From the NCBI GenBank assembly GCA_963769935.1, contig CAVYNY010000022.1, positions 448,001-512,000 of the forward strand: a stretch of 64,000 bases of DNA, in the 5' to 3' direction. Shown here piece after piece: positions 32,065-42,555 of this stretch. Every line of letters begins with the position of its first letter. Position 1 is the first letter of the stretch. Origin of the DNA: an uncultured delta proteobacterium. GTDB taxonomy: Bacteria > Desulfobacterota > Desulfobacteria > Desulfobacterales > JAFDCJ01. The translations under genes were made by a program, and so were the position numbers. The notes beneath the pieces were generated by a model, which was not told the origin of the DNA, searched no databases, and worked only from the letters and a program-made list of their open reading frames with translations.

Positions 32065-33270
32065 CTAATCACAATGAACTGAATCATGGGCTATCGCAAT
32101 CTCTTCGTCGGTTAAATAGCAGGCCGGGTCCGGTGCCCAGGCATCACCGCTTACCGCTTCGGCCCGCACCCTGAAATTGCCGCCGCAAACATCCAGCCAG
32201 CGGCACGCGGCGCAACGCCCTTTGACGTGTTCCTTTTTGTCCTTGAGCTTTTTCATCAGGGGCTCGGAAGTGTCGGTCCAGATTTCCGAAAAGGGTCGGT
32301 CTTTGACGTTGCCGAAACTGTAATGACGCCAGAATTGATCGGCGTGAACCTCACCATCCCAGCTGACGCATCCGATACCCCGCCCCGAATTGTTGCCCTC
32401 ATTCCATTTTAACAGTTCCAGTACTTCCTTCGCCCGCTGCGGATCTTCCTGCAGCAGCCTCAAATAGACGTAGGGGCCGTCGGCGTGATTGTCTACCGTC
32501 AGTACCTCTTTGGTCTTGCCTTCAGCAAATAACCGCTTGGTCTCGTCCATAATGAGATCAACCGCCTGGCGGGTTTCTGCATGGGATAGATCCTCTTTTA
32601 CCAGCTCAGATCCGCGTCCGGCATAAACCAGGTGATAAAAGCATACGCGGGGGATATCCATCTCTTCTAGAAGTTGGAAGATTTTCGGAATTTCGTTGAC
32701 ATTGAATTTATTCACTGTGAAACGGAGTCCGACTTTAATTCCCGCGTCCTGACTGTTCTTTATCCCTTCCAGCGCCGATTGAAAGGCGCCTTTGACGCCT
32801 CTGAAGCGATCGTTTACTTCCTGCATGCCGTCCAGGCTGATGCCGACATATGACAACCCGATTTCTTTCAATGTGCGGGCCATTGTCCGTGTAATCAGGG
32901 TGCCGTTGGTGGAAATTACAGCGCGCATTCCTTTTTCCACGGCGTGGGCCGCCAGCACCGGTAAATCCTTGCGGACAAGGGGTTCACCGCCCGAAAACAG
33001 CATCACCGGCGAGCCGAAGTCGGCCAGATCGTTAATTAACTCTTTGCCCTGTTCGGTGGTCAGCTCGTTTTCGAAGGCTATATTTTTCGCGTGGGCGTAG
33101 CAGTGGACACATTTTAAATTACAGCGCCGGGTCACATTCCAGACGACAACCGGACACTTGTCCTTGGAAAATTGCAGCAGGTGGGAGGGCAGCTGCGATG
33201 AGTCGCGTCCGTAACGCAGCGCATCTGAAGGCTCTACGGTACCGCAGTATAATTTTGATATTCCGATCAT
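32065..33270 (-). CDS. ahbC: Fe-coproporphyrin III synthase AhbC (12,18-didecarboxysiroheme deacetylase)
   Basis: MIGISKLYCG N-terminus, VVWNVTRRCNLKCVHCY, TVDNHADG, DPACYLTD. Confidence 0.93.
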   Translation of the reverse strand: MIGISKLYCGTVEPSDALRYGRDSSQLPSHLLQFSKDKCPVVVWNVTRRCNLKCVHCYAHAKNIAFENELTTEQGKELINDLADFGSPVMLFSGGEPLVRKDLPVLAAHAVEKGMRAVISTNGTLITRTMARTLKEIGLSYVGISLDGMQEVNDRFRGVKGAFQSALEGIKNSQDAGIKVGLRFTVNKFNVNEIPKIFQLLEEMDIPRVCFYHLVYAGRGSELVKEDLSHAETRQAVDLIMDETKRLFAEGKTKEVLTVDNHADGPYVYLRLLQEDPQRAKEVLELLKWNEGNNSGRGIGCVSWDGEVHADQFWRHYSFGNVKDRPFSEIWTDTSEPLMKKLKDKKEHVKGRCAACRWLDVCGGNFRVRAEAVSGDAWAPDPACYLTDEEIAIAHDSVHCD

Positions 33271-33382
33271 AATTTGTTTTCCGTTCCCGCATGACGCCGT
33301 ATCGTCAGACCAATCGACTGTTTGATGCCGCAGCCGCTTGGGGCCGGATCAAGGTCGGGGACCTCGGGCCCTGATTTTTTAA

Positions 33383-35155
33383 TTATAATCCGGGTTCAGG
33401 CGGTAGTTTTATATCCTGCTTGATCAAATTGGCGATATATTTTTCGGGATTCAACATGGCCTGCCGCGTTATGAAAAACCGGTTGCGGTTGGTTTTTTCG
33501 TGTGCCAGCTTTAGACCGTATTTGAAATCCCCGTCTATTCTTTGGTAGATAAGTTTCAGATCCATGGATGACTCAACCAGCTGTTCAATGATGTAATCGA
33601 TGGCATCCTCTTCGAGAACGATATTGATATCATGGTTTTTGAAAAAGTACAGCTCAATCTTCTTGATTTCATCATAAAAGGATTTGATCTTGATGATAAT
33701 GTTGCCGATGTCCAGTGTGTTTTTAGTGTAGCAGGTGGCCACGAGATCAATGCGGGAAGGTGTCATGGTCAGACCGTATTTTTCGGTCAGATTGTTTTTA
33801 TTCTCCCTCAAATATTGCTTGATAATCTCCTTTTCTTCCTGCAGCAGTTGATTAAAGGACGCATCTGTCATTTGCTGCTGGGTTGCATCGGTCAGCGATT
33901 CAATGGCCGCGGCCGGTGCGGCAATGAAGGCCGCCGTTGCCGGAAATTTATTCACCTGGGTTGAAGGCAGTTTTTTTTCAAATTCAATCAGGTTCCTTTC
34001 AACCGCGCTGACCAATCCTCTGGCTCCGGTATTTTCAGCAAAAGCATCTTGGGCCAATTTACGCAGCAACCGGTCTTCAAACTTTACGTCGATATCGTAG
34101 GCGGCGAAATCGAGTTTTTTGCCGAGGATGATGGGATTGTTGGGATTTCTCAGGACATGATAGAGATCATCTTCGGAAAGATGCTCAAAAACGGCTCTTA
34201 CCGGCAGGCGTCCGACAAATTCCGACTCAAAGCCAAATTCCGTCAGGTCTTCCGATCTGACGTTTTTTAAAATGTCGATATCCTCATCGGCTTTGCGAAT
34301 GCGTGCGCCGAACCCGATTTCCTGTTTGGTAAGCCGTTTCTGGATGATCGGCACCAGATCGACAAAGGCGCCACTCATAATGAACAGAATGTTGCCGGTG
34401 TTAACCGATCGTTTTTCCCGTTTGCCGGTCTTGCGAAACTGTTCGATTTCCTGAATCATTGATATGGGATCATGCGGAACTTTTAAATCGACCTCGGTTT
34501 CTTCCATCGGCTTTAGCAGCGCGCGCTGCACTCCGGTGCGGGAGACGTCCGCACCGATCAGGTTGCGGCTGGAGGCAATTTTATCGATTTCGTCGATGTA
34601 GATGATACCGTATTGGGCCAGTTCGATGTCGTCATTGGCCTCTCGGACCAGATCCCTGACCAGATCTTCAACGTCTCCGCCGACATATCCGGTTTCGCTG
34701 AATTTGGTGGCATCGCCTTTGACAAAGGGCACGCCGATTTTTTTAGCAATCAGCTTGATAACATAAGTTTTCCCGACGCCGGTCGGACCGATCATCAGCA
34801 CGTTATTTTTGATGCCGCCGACCATCGAGCCAAGCGGGTCATCGGATTCAATCGAGCGTTTGATCCGGTTGAAGTGAGTGCAAATCTTAGTGGCCAGGAT
34901 GGCTTTGGCACTTACCTGCTTGACCACGTACTGATCCAGGTAGGCAATGAGTTCCTCGGGCTTCAGATCAAAATTAATTTTAGCTTTGGGCTTGCCGGAT
35001 TCGATGGTTTTATCCACCATCGCCTCTTGGGGCACGACGATCGGTGATACAATTTTCACATTTTCTCCGAACTTCTTGGCCAGAAACTCACTGATTTCCT
35101 TTTCCAATTCCTTGGGACTGGGTATTTTTTCGTTGTGTGCTTTCATAACATTCAA
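33383..35155 (-). CDS. ClpX-like AAA+ ATPase lacking the Zn-binding domain, with C-terminal extension
   Basis: GPTGVGKT, ATKFSETGYVG, YIDEIDKI, GVQRALLK, IGF loop, TGARGL. Confidence 0.88.
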   Translation of the reverse strand: MNVMKAHNEKIPSPKELEKEISEFLAKKFGENVKIVSPIVVPQEAMVDKTIESGKPKAKINFDLKPEELIAYLDQYVVKQVSAKAILATKICTHFNRIKRSIESDDPLGSMVGGIKNNVLMIGPTGVGKTYVIKLIAKKIGVPFVKGDATKFSETGYVGGDVEDLVRDLVREANDDIELAQYGIIYIDEIDKIASSRNLIGADVSRTGVQRALLKPMEETEVDLKVPHDPISMIQEIEQFRKTGKREKRSVNTGNILFIMSGAFVDLVPIIQKRLTKQEIGFGARIRKADEDIDILKNVRSEDLTEFGFESEFVGRLPVRAVFEHLSEDDLYHVLRNPNNPIILGKKLDFAAYDIDVKFEDRLLRKLAQDAFAENTGARGLVSAVERNLIEFEKKLPSTQVNKFPATAAFIAAPAAAIESLTDATQQQMTDASFNQLLQEEKEIIKQYLRENKNNLTEKYGLTMTPSRIDLVATCYTKNTLDIGNIIIKIKSFYDEIKKIELYFFKNHDINIVLEEDAIDYIIEQLVESSMDLKLIYQRIDGDFKYGLKLAHEKTNRNRFFITRQAMLNPEKYIANLIKQDIKLPPEPGL

Positions 35156-35442
35156 ACTATAAACATATCCTGCTTAAAATGCAAGAGAACCCCGGGATTG
35201 AACCAAATGCAATCCAGTATGAAATCGGTCTGGGCCAGGGAATACTGAAAACCCGCGTTTGACGGAATGAGATCTGTTTTATATGGAGGGCACGGGTCCG
35301 AAAATAAAATCAGACTATCATCCGCAATAAATATCAACTAAAATTAAAGTTTTTGGGTTTGGCCGGCGATATAGTATATGTCGCAGAAAAATTCGGTTCG
35401 GGTTGCTGAGCAGGTACACAATATCGAAAGACCTAAAAATGG

Positions 35443-36135
35443 TTGCAGGAACTGTCTATGGTCAGAGGAATATTAAATCGAGTTAAACGTCGCATAAAAG
35501 GCGAGGATAATTCCGCCGGCAATTCCCTGGCGTCGGCAGGTTCGAACATTGGTCCGCTATCAAGTATGATGGGCCCTTCGGGAAGAATTACCCTGGCATC
35601 ACTGAAATGGTTGTTCAATGAGACCGGCCGGGAAGATTTCATTGAGTTTGTTCTAAATCCCGTTTTAGCCGGCTCCGCCTTAAATAATGAAAATATAACA
35701 GCAGCAGAGCATTCGGAAGAAGAAACGTCGGAAAAGCCCCAGATGATAAAAGGCAATAAGACGCATATCGTTAATCTAGACGACAATCTCTCAAAAAGAT
35801 CAGGACCGGGTTCGAGTTTGCCATATGCCATTTATCCACTTATAAAGCGGTCAAACTCCCAATCACCCGTCAATATGATTACGATTGGCCGGACGCCCGA
35901 TAAGGATATGATTATGAAGGACATGGCAATTTCAAAATCGCATGCCGCTGTTCGTATTACAAAGGGGTCCTTTTTCATCGAGGATTGTGGATCAACCAAC
36001 GGCACAAGACTCAATGGCATGCGCGTCGGAGATAAGCCGGTTTTGCTCCGCGACGGAGATGTTATCGCACTTGGCAGTTACGAATTCACTTTCCTGGATC
36101 CCTCCTCCCTGCACGATTTGATCAGTAAATTTTAG
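35443..36135 (+). CDS. FHA-domain protein
   Basis: ITIGR...ISKSHA...DCGSTNGTRLNG FHA motif at the C-terminus. Confidence 0.85.
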   Translation: MQELSMVRGILNRVKRRIKGEDNSAGNSLASAGSNIGPLSSMMGPSGRITLASLKWLFNETGREDFIEFVLNPVLAGSALNNENITAAEHSEEETSEKPQMIKGNKTHIVNLDDNLSKRSGPGSSLPYAIYPLIKRSNSQSPVNMITIGRTPDKDMIMKDMAISKSHAAVRITKGSFFIEDCGSTNGTRLNGMRVGDKPVLLRDGDVIALGSYEFTFLDPSSLHDLISKF

Positions 36136-36269
36136 ACGCTTTTCATAAATCCTTCGGTTTTGTCGAAGCCCCCCGCATTCAAAAGGCAGCTTCTGCCGGC
36201 CTATCGGAAATTTTGCCGACAACATGGTGCAAGAGCCTCTTTGGGGCGATGTCGGGAGGGTCGCCTTTC

Positions 36270-37538
36270 CTATAACCGTTGAATCAAATAGAGAAAAGTG
36301 GGCAGCCGGCTCAAGTTTTTAAGCTCAAAAAAAGTGCGCAGCAGGTCGGGATTGCTGCCGCCGGGGTCCAAGGGCGATAAATAAATGCCGCCCTTGCTGT
36401 AAAAGTGATCAAGCCGGTCGTGAACCAATTCGATAACTGATTCGTAGTGATCAGGCGAGAGCCCGTCGCCGATCAGAAAATTGGCCGTGATTTCGATGTT
36501 AAGATGGTTGCGGTTGATATCGATCATCTTCATGAAGGCCGCCTCAATTTTGCGGGTTTCCAGCGGCTTGTTGATATGCGCCAAGGTGGCGTCATCGGCA
36601 GATTCGAGCCCGATGTTGATGTACGTATAGAAGGGCGATCGGTCGAGCGCCTCGAAAAGACCGTTATTTGCATTCAGCAATGAATCCACACTGCCGAAGA
36701 TAAAAAGCCGGGGGTCTGTGATATGTGCCTTTTCAAAATTAAACGTCTCATAGACTTCTGCGGCGGTCCGGCAGATATGCTCGTTTCCTGCGGCCAGGGC
36801 ATCATGATTGCCTAGAAAAACAGCATTGTAATTTCTCAAATCGGCGCCCAGGTACGCAGCCAGCTCTCGCATTTGCTGCCTGACATTCTGTATGGACCGC
36901 AGACCAAACCGCCGTCCGGATTTGATGCGGCAGAAGCGGCAGTGATATAAACACCCGTCGGCTATCATGAGGGGGATCACCTCATAATCAACATGCCTTG
37001 TATCCGGGGGCAGCACCGACACCTGCCCGCCGATAATCTTATGCAGTTTATCCGATTTCGCCTGCAGTACCCCTGCATCGTGGCGGGCAACCAGATCCAG
37101 GAAATTTTTGACTTTTGAAGAAAGTCCGTCGGTATTCAGCGTGCGCAGTTGAACCTGCAATCGATGCCAGCCTTCCAGGGCGTTTTGAATATCGGAATCG
37201 ACAAAAGGATTATAGGCCCAGATTGAATTGCTGGCGTAGGGCAGACAGGGCAGATAATACTCGCCCAGTGAATCAAAAAGCCTATGGTATCCGGCAATGG
37301 AGTAAAAAACCCAATCATTGGCAGCGGTACGTTTCAGCCATTCGGCCGGATGGGGCCAATTCTTTATACCTCCTTGAATATACTTGATTTCACCGTTTAA
37401 ATTAAACTGAAAGCGGTGTTGCGGTGATTTAATTTCGCAAAATCTTCCGTAGCGAATCGGATAGGTCACTTTTGTGTATCGGTTCGCTCCCTGCTTATCG
37501 AGGGTGATTTGAAGATTGTTCAAGCGGTAGGTGTTCAC
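36270..37538 (-). CDS. Radical SAM domain protein of unknown function
   Basis: GCLYHCRFC (CxxxCxxC), NIGLES; ~170-aa unrecognised N-terminal region. Confidence 0.85.
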   Translation of the reverse strand: MNTYRLNNLQITLDKQGANRYTKVTYPIRYGRFCEIKSPQHRFQFNLNGEIKYIQGGIKNWPHPAEWLKRTAANDWVFYSIAGYHRLFDSLGEYYLPCLPYASNSIWAYNPFVDSDIQNALEGWHRLQVQLRTLNTDGLSSKVKNFLDLVARHDAGVLQAKSDKLHKIIGGQVSVLPPDTRHVDYEVIPLMIADGCLYHCRFCRIKSGRRFGLRSIQNVRQQMRELAAYLGADLRNYNAVFLGNHDALAAGNEHICRTAAEVYETFNFEKAHITDPRLFIFGSVDSLLNANNGLFEALDRSPFYTYINIGLESADDATLAHINKPLETRKIEAAFMKMIDINRNHLNIEITANFLIGDGLSPDHYESVIELVHDRLDHFYSKGGIYLSPLDPGGSNPDLLRTFFELKNLSRLPTFLYLIQRL

Positions 37539-37715
37539 TTTCAGTCCTGTTATGTCCCTTCACATTAATATGGCCAACATGAAATGAAAAGAGAAAAAAT
37601 GCGCAGCATAAAGCAATTAATCGATCTGACTATATCCTTCAATTGTCAGAGAGCACTTGAAATCTCTTAAACAGTAGTTAAGGTTTAACTATATTTCAAT
37701 GGAGACGTAGAGAAA

Positions 37716-37922
37716 ATGCTGTTTGCGATGCCGAGTTACGAAGTTAAATATCACGATAAAAAGGAATGGGAGGCGATTTCTGAAACCAAAGTTCTGGCAA
37801 AGCTGCAGGAAACCTATGATCGGGTCACCCCGGCCATTCAGGACATGATAGACGGCAAACAGGTACCCACGCCCCAGGCTGTTTTCCGCATCAGGGGGTA
37901 TGAGGAGGTTAGAATCGGTTGA
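37716..37922 (+). CDS. Small hypothetical protein
   Basis: 68 aa with protein-like composition; GGAG upstream. Confidence 0.6.
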   Translation: MLFAMPSYEVKYHDKKEWEAISETKVLAKLQETYDRVTPAIQDMIDGKQVPTPQAVFRIRGYEEVRIG

Positions 37923-38118
37923 TTTTATCTTTTCCGGCTTTGATCGTCTTCATCCAATAATTTCAGAACGATAGACGGGTCGGTTCAATTGCCGGTCGTC
38001 GAAGGGACACCAATCACTTGACATCGCCGATTACGCCTGATAATCGGGAGGAAATCTTGATCGGGTCACAACATTGGTGGCCTGGCGTGCAGGTTTACCC
38101 GGATCAAAAGAGGTGCCC

Positions 38119-38361
38119 ATGAATGCAGCAATTCCGTATGTATACATAAATGACGATGAAATCGAATTAAAGCAAATTCTGGTTATATACGGCAAGCTAA
38201 AGAAACACAGGAAACTAACCGTCAGTGAGGCCGAAAAAAGAGGATTGGTCCGGGTGGAATCGATGCCGCATGCCAATGCTGACGATACTTTCTCCAAATC
38301 AATCGCCATTCTTGATCAGAAAGTGAGGCTGTGCCTGTCAACCAAAGGTATCGCATCCTGA
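38119..38361 (+). CDS. Small hypothetical protein
   Basis: GAGGT RBS before ATG 38119. Confidence 0.55.
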   Translation: MNAAIPYVYINDDEIELKQILVIYGKLKKHRKLTVSEAEKRGLVRVESMPHANADDTFSKSIAILDQKVRLCLSTKGIAS

Positions 38362-38532
38362 TCATTCCGCGTTGAAAAATTTCAGTAAATCTTGACGCCT
38401 CATCCACAATTTGGCATACTCAATAAACTGTTGTCTTTCGGCCTATCCCGCAATTAAATTAAAAAATTCGCAGGGGATAAATACAACTCCACAGCGGCTA
38501 TTGAAATCGCGCAGACCCATTTCGAGAATTGC

Positions 38533-38907
38533 ATGCCCGAGGATTATTTTAATTTAATTCTTTCCCAGAGCAAGTCCAACTTTAAGCAGATTAATAGTCC
38601 GCCTACAGTTGTTTACAACTCCAGAAAGAAGACGGTTTCTGTGAAATATGACTTTGCTTTAGGGCTGATAAAAAAAGTGAAAATCATTGCGCCCTGCAGT
38701 GTGTGGCGGGATTTGTGGGGTCGGCGCGAGACGGGGCACATTTCATACGAAATCCTGAAACCCTGTCTGTATCGGCCCTCAAAAGAGAAAAAGAGAGCAC
38801 TGAGGCTGTATTCCAGAAATTATCCGGGCAGTTTTTTGGCCGATGTCTTAGACTGTGTTAAATGGTCGCAGACTAAAAACCCATTAACCCAAACGCGGGC
38901 CGTTTAA
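38533..38907 (+). CDS. Hypothetical protein (uncertain start)
   Basis: 124-aa ORF, no recognisable motif. Confidence 0.4.
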   Translation: MPEDYFNLILSQSKSNFKQINSPPTVVYNSRKKTVSVKYDFALGLIKKVKIIAPCSVWRDLWGRRETGHISYEILKPCLYRPSKEKKRALRLYSRNYPGSFLADVLDCVKWSQTKNPLTQTRAV

Positions 38908-39048
38908 CTCCGTCTGATACGGATCGAGTGCCAAATTTATCTTGATTACCTCTGAAAACAAGACCCAAAATGACAGGCTTCGATCGATAACCTAAAATTT
39001 GAGCCGCTCCGTGCAATTTACCGGATATTAGTTGACTATTAGTTGACC

Positions 39049-39375
39049 ATGAAAATGACTGAGGAAAGAAGATCACATAAGCGGGAAGCGGCAAGATACT
39101 GCTATCATGCCGAGATTCGCCTGATCGGTGTACCGGTATACGAGGTCAAAATAAAGGACCTGTCATCAAACGGCGCCTCGATTCTGGTTAGGAAAGACTC
39201 TTTGTTGTTGAATCACCTGGGGGTCGGGAAAACAATTTCGGTGAAATATTATCTCGGGGATCGATCAAAGGCCGTCGGACCATTCAAGGCCAATATTATG
39301 CATTTAACCAAATTGGATGATGGACGGTTCCAAGGGCATTTCTCGGCCGGCTTATCCATTATCATGGCAAGATAA
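39049..39375 (+). CDS. PilZ-domain protein
   Basis: ERRSHKR (RxxxR) and DLSSNG (DxSxxG). Confidence 0.8.
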   Translation: MKMTEERRSHKREAARYCYHAEIRLIGVPVYEVKIKDLSSNGASILVRKDSLLLNHLGVGKTISVKYYLGDRSKAVGPFKANIMHLTKLDDGRFQGHFSAGLSIIMAR

Positions 39376-39570
39376 TTCCAACGTACCCCATATTCCATTG
39401 ATCGCGGTCGTGCCCCGGCATTTTACAGCGATAGTTCGCCTATAAAAATGTGTCTTGACTTTGACTTTTGCTTCTGCTAAAAGTCTCTCCGGTTTTATCA
39501 TGCATAATTGACCATACCGATTAAGTTTTCCGGATGTGCGGAAAACTTTTTTTTATGGGAGCGTTTCGTT

Positions 39571-40503
39571 ATGACAAGCCATTGCTATCAATGTTCCCGG
39601 AACGGCACCTCCTGCTGCCAGGGTACCCAAATTTTGCTTACTACCGGCGATGTCGTGCGGATTACGCGATTTTTGGGCGCATTCGATTTTTTTACGTTTG
39701 AAGTGCCGGATCCGAATTACACGGATCCCGGGGATGATCCAGCCTGGCTAACGCTGACGATTCGTCCGGATGGTCGTCGACGCGTTCTAAAGAGAACGGC
39801 GGATAAAAGCTGCATCATGCTGGCCGATAACGGCTGCCGTTTGCCGCTAAACCTGCGGCCGTTGATCTGCCGGCTGCACCCTTATACCTATACGGAAGCA
39901 GGCATTTCAGGCATTGATCCGACCTGTCCGATATCACGCGAGGGAAACTGGCCCGCACTGCTGGAGCAGCTGGGAATGGCCATTTTTGAAGCCTGCCAAT
40001 GGCACAGACTGCTTTATTGCGAACTGCGAGCAGATATACCGGCAGGCGACGGGAAGGACGGCCGGGAACAACTGCCGGAGGTGGGGCAAAGGTCGGCCTG
40101 CGGCAAAAAGATAGCTGAAGCGCTGCCCATGCCTGTCAATCCGTGTTTAAGTTGCGGCGCTTGCTGTGCTTTTTATCGCGCGTCATTTTACTGGTCAGAA
40201 GCAGCGGATGCTAACCCCGGCGGTGTTCCTGGTGAGATGACCGAAAAGCTGAATGACTTCCGCCTGGCCATGAAGGGAACCGGCGGGACCAACCCGCGCT
40301 GTATTGCACTAAACGGTTTTATCGGGCGGCGGGTGTCATGCAGCATTTATGAGCGACGCGCATCAGTTTGCCGGGAGTTCGAGCCCTCCTGGCAAAAAAA
40401 TACCGCCAATCTGCGCTGCGACAAGGCGCGCGCAGCCTGGGGGTTGGCGCCATTGACTCCCGAATCCTGGATTGATCCTCGCAATTTTCCCAAAGCCGCC
40501 TAG
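39571..40503 (+). CDS. Protein with two tandem YkgJ/CxxCxxCC (Fe-S/Zn cluster) domains
   Basis: CYQC...CC...C..L...GC.....RPLICRLHP, then CLSCGACC...C.AL...[14 protein letters not shown]. Confidence 0.8.
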   Translation: MTSHCYQCSRNGTSCCQGTQILLTTGDVVRITRFLGAFDFFTFEVPDPNYTDPGDDPAWLTLTIRPDGRRRVLKRTADKSCIMLADNGCRLPLNLRPLICRLHPYTYTEAGISGIDPTCPISREGNWPALLEQLGMAIFEACQWHRLLYCELRADIPAGDGKDGREQLPEVGQRSACGKKIAEALPMPVNPCLSCGACCAFYRASFYWSEAADANPGGVPGEMTEKLNDFRLAMKGTGGTNPRCIALNGFIGRRVSCSIYERRASVCREFEPSWQKNTANLRCDKARAAWGLAPLTPESWIDPRNFPKAA

Positions 40504-40674
40504 TACGGCCGGTTGCGCAGAAGGGCGGACGCCGCATATGGAGGTCATGTCCGGCTGAAACCGGCTTCGATTGAAATTCCCTCCGCCCGAAGTGCGTCTC
40601 CTGAAAAAACCGATAGAGATATCTCCCAGAATTTCTTGATAAAATTAACTTATAAATTGAATAAATAGCACTCA

Positions 40675-41004
40675 ATGAGCGAAAAAAAATGGGTTGTTTA
40701 TCTGATCCGATGTTCTGACAAAACCTTATACTGCGGTATCTCCAATGACCTGGAGCGCCGCTTGATGGATCACAACGCTGGTAAAGGCGCCAAATATACA
40801 AGATCACGGCGGCCGGTTGAATTGGTTGGTGTCAGTTCTGAAATGACAAAAAGCAAAGCCCTTAAACTGGAATACAGAATTAAGCGATTGTCGGCTGACA
40901 AAAAATTATTTGAATTATTCGGGAAGGAGAACGCGATGACACTGAAACAAGATTTGAAAGCCATATCGGTAGAAACTTTCCGGGCTCACCGTTGGAAGCG
41001 GTGA
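40675..41004 (+). CDS. GIY-YIG nuclease (UPF0213/YazA-like)
   Basis: WVVYLIRC.D.TLYCGISNDLERR..DHN.GKGAKYTRSRRPV, ALKLEYRIK. Confidence 0.9.
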   Translation: MSEKKWVVYLIRCSDKTLYCGISNDLERRLMDHNAGKGAKYTRSRRPVELVGVSSEMTKSKALKLEYRIKRLSADKKLFELFGKENAMTLKQDLKAISVETFRAHRWKR

Positions 41005-41078
41005 TATTTGGTTAAGCTATTCTTCGCGGCGCCCGAAGCTTTCGGCGAGGCGCCCCCAGTCTTCGGGCGCGAGTTGCG

Positions 41079-41273
41079 TCACAAGCTCAACGCCTCCGTG
41101 TACCAGACGATACCGCCTGCGGGATCGGGGGCAACGTCGTGGGGATGAGCCCCGTCCGGCACCGGGTAGCTCTGGATGCGAACCTCATTTTGTGCATGAC
41201 CGGCAGCGGCGGCGAGCAACAATCCGAAGACGGCGAAAAGGAAAAATGGGGTTGGGATTGAATGGTTTCGCAT
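41079..41273 (-). pseudogene. Truncated Vgb-lyase-like beta-propeller gene fragment
   Basis: AAGGAG RBS and signal peptide, then YPVPDGAHPHDVAPDPAGGIVWYT (first Vgb-type blade) and an immediate stop. Confidence 0.6.
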
Positions 41274-41403
41274 GGATAGAACTCCTTTCACAGTGACCGG
41301 TCAATAGAATTAATATAAGCAAAAATAGCAATTAGACAACTCATATAAAATCGTCTATAAATATTACCTTTAGATTAAGAAAAGAGGGGGCAAGGAGGAT
41401 GGT

Positions 41404-42132
41404 ATGACTAAAAAAGTATCCGGTGCCGCACTGCTTTTTACATTCCTGCTGACTTTATCGTGCGTTTCCAAAAACAAGTATGTGGAACTTGAGGCCGAAT
41501 TTAAAAATACCGGTACGGAATTGGCAGAGACCCAAAAGAAGCTGGAAGTACTGCAGAATCGCAACCGAATTCTGTTGGATGAAAACGGGCGCCTGATAGA
41601 GGCCAGTGAGGGGTTGCGACTGGAATTGCAGCAGGAAAAATTAGCCGTTCGGCAAAAAGTAGAGAAGATATCGGATTTGGAGAAAACCCGCCGGGAGATA
41701 GAAACCAGTCTCAAAGAGCAGATTGCGCAAAAGGACATCAAGATCGAGGAGATCGAAGGGCGATTAAAGGTCACTTTTGTGGATAAAATTCTATTTGACT
41801 CCGGCAGCGTGATGATCAAGGATAAAGGCCGGGAAGTGCTGTTAAAGTTGGCCGATTCCTTTAAGAATTATCAGGCTCAGAACATCATCGTCGAGGGGCA
41901 TACCGATGATATGAAGATCGGACAAGCTTTACTGCCGAGATTTCCAACCAACTGGGAGTTGTCCACTGCAAGGGCAACTGCGGTCGTTCGATTTCTGCAG
42001 GAAAAAGGCGATATTGCACCTGAAAGATTGACCGCCAGTGGATTTAGCTTTTACAAACCCGTCGCCACGAATGATTCGGAAGAAGGGCGCAAGCAGAATC
42101 GCCGCATCGAAATCATAATGGTCCCGGAATAA
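41404..42132 (+). CDS. OmpA/MotB-family peptidoglycan-binding lipoprotein with coiled coil
   Basis: Lipobox LSC, coiled coil, LFDSG, VEGHTD, NWELSTARA, NRRIEI. Confidence 0.9.
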   Translation: MTKKVSGAALLFTFLLTLSCVSKNKYVELEAEFKNTGTELAETQKKLEVLQNRNRILLDENGRLIEASEGLRLELQQEKLAVRQKVEKISDLEKTRREIETSLKEQIAQKDIKIEEIEGRLKVTFVDKILFDSGSVMIKDKGREVLLKLADSFKNYQAQNIIVEGHTDDMKIGQALLPRFPTNWELSTARATAVVRFLQEKGDIAPERLTASGFSFYKPVATNDSEEGRKQNRRIEIIMVPE

Positions 42133-42152
42133 CTATTGCGGTGCGAAGGTTT

Positions 42153-42548
42153 TCAACTTCCGTCGCCGGCAGACTCGGCATTCAGGGCGCCTCGAATTTT
42201 CTCGAGCAAGGCCGCTTTTTTCAGGGGCTTGATCATGTAATAATTGCCTCCCGATTTAAGCGCTTTTTTAATGGTTTCCATATCCCTTAAAGACGAGCAC
42301 ATAATAATCGGAATATCCGTCCACAGGGGGTTTTTCCTGATCTCTTCGATCAGCTCGATGCCGTCTATTCTGGGCATAACGATATCGGCGATGATAAGCT
42401 GAATGTCGCTCCGATCTGTCAGGATCCCTAAGGCCGTTGCGGCATTATAGGCTTTCACCGTTTGATAGTCATCCTTTTGAAGGATTATCTCAATGAACCG
42501 TGCGGAAGCCTTGTTGTCCTCCACAATCAGAATAGTCATGGTTGACAT
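42153..42548 (-). CDS. Single-domain response regulator
   Basis: ILIVEDN, DIVMPRIDG, KP. Confidence 0.9.
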   Translation of the reverse strand: MSTMTILIVEDNKASARFIEIILQKDDYQTVKAYNAATALGILTDRSDIQLIIADIVMPRIDGIELIEEIRKNPLWTDIPIIMCSSLRDMETIKKALKSGGNYYMIKPLKKAALLEKIRGALNAESAGDGS

Positions 42549-42555
42549 GTCCGTT

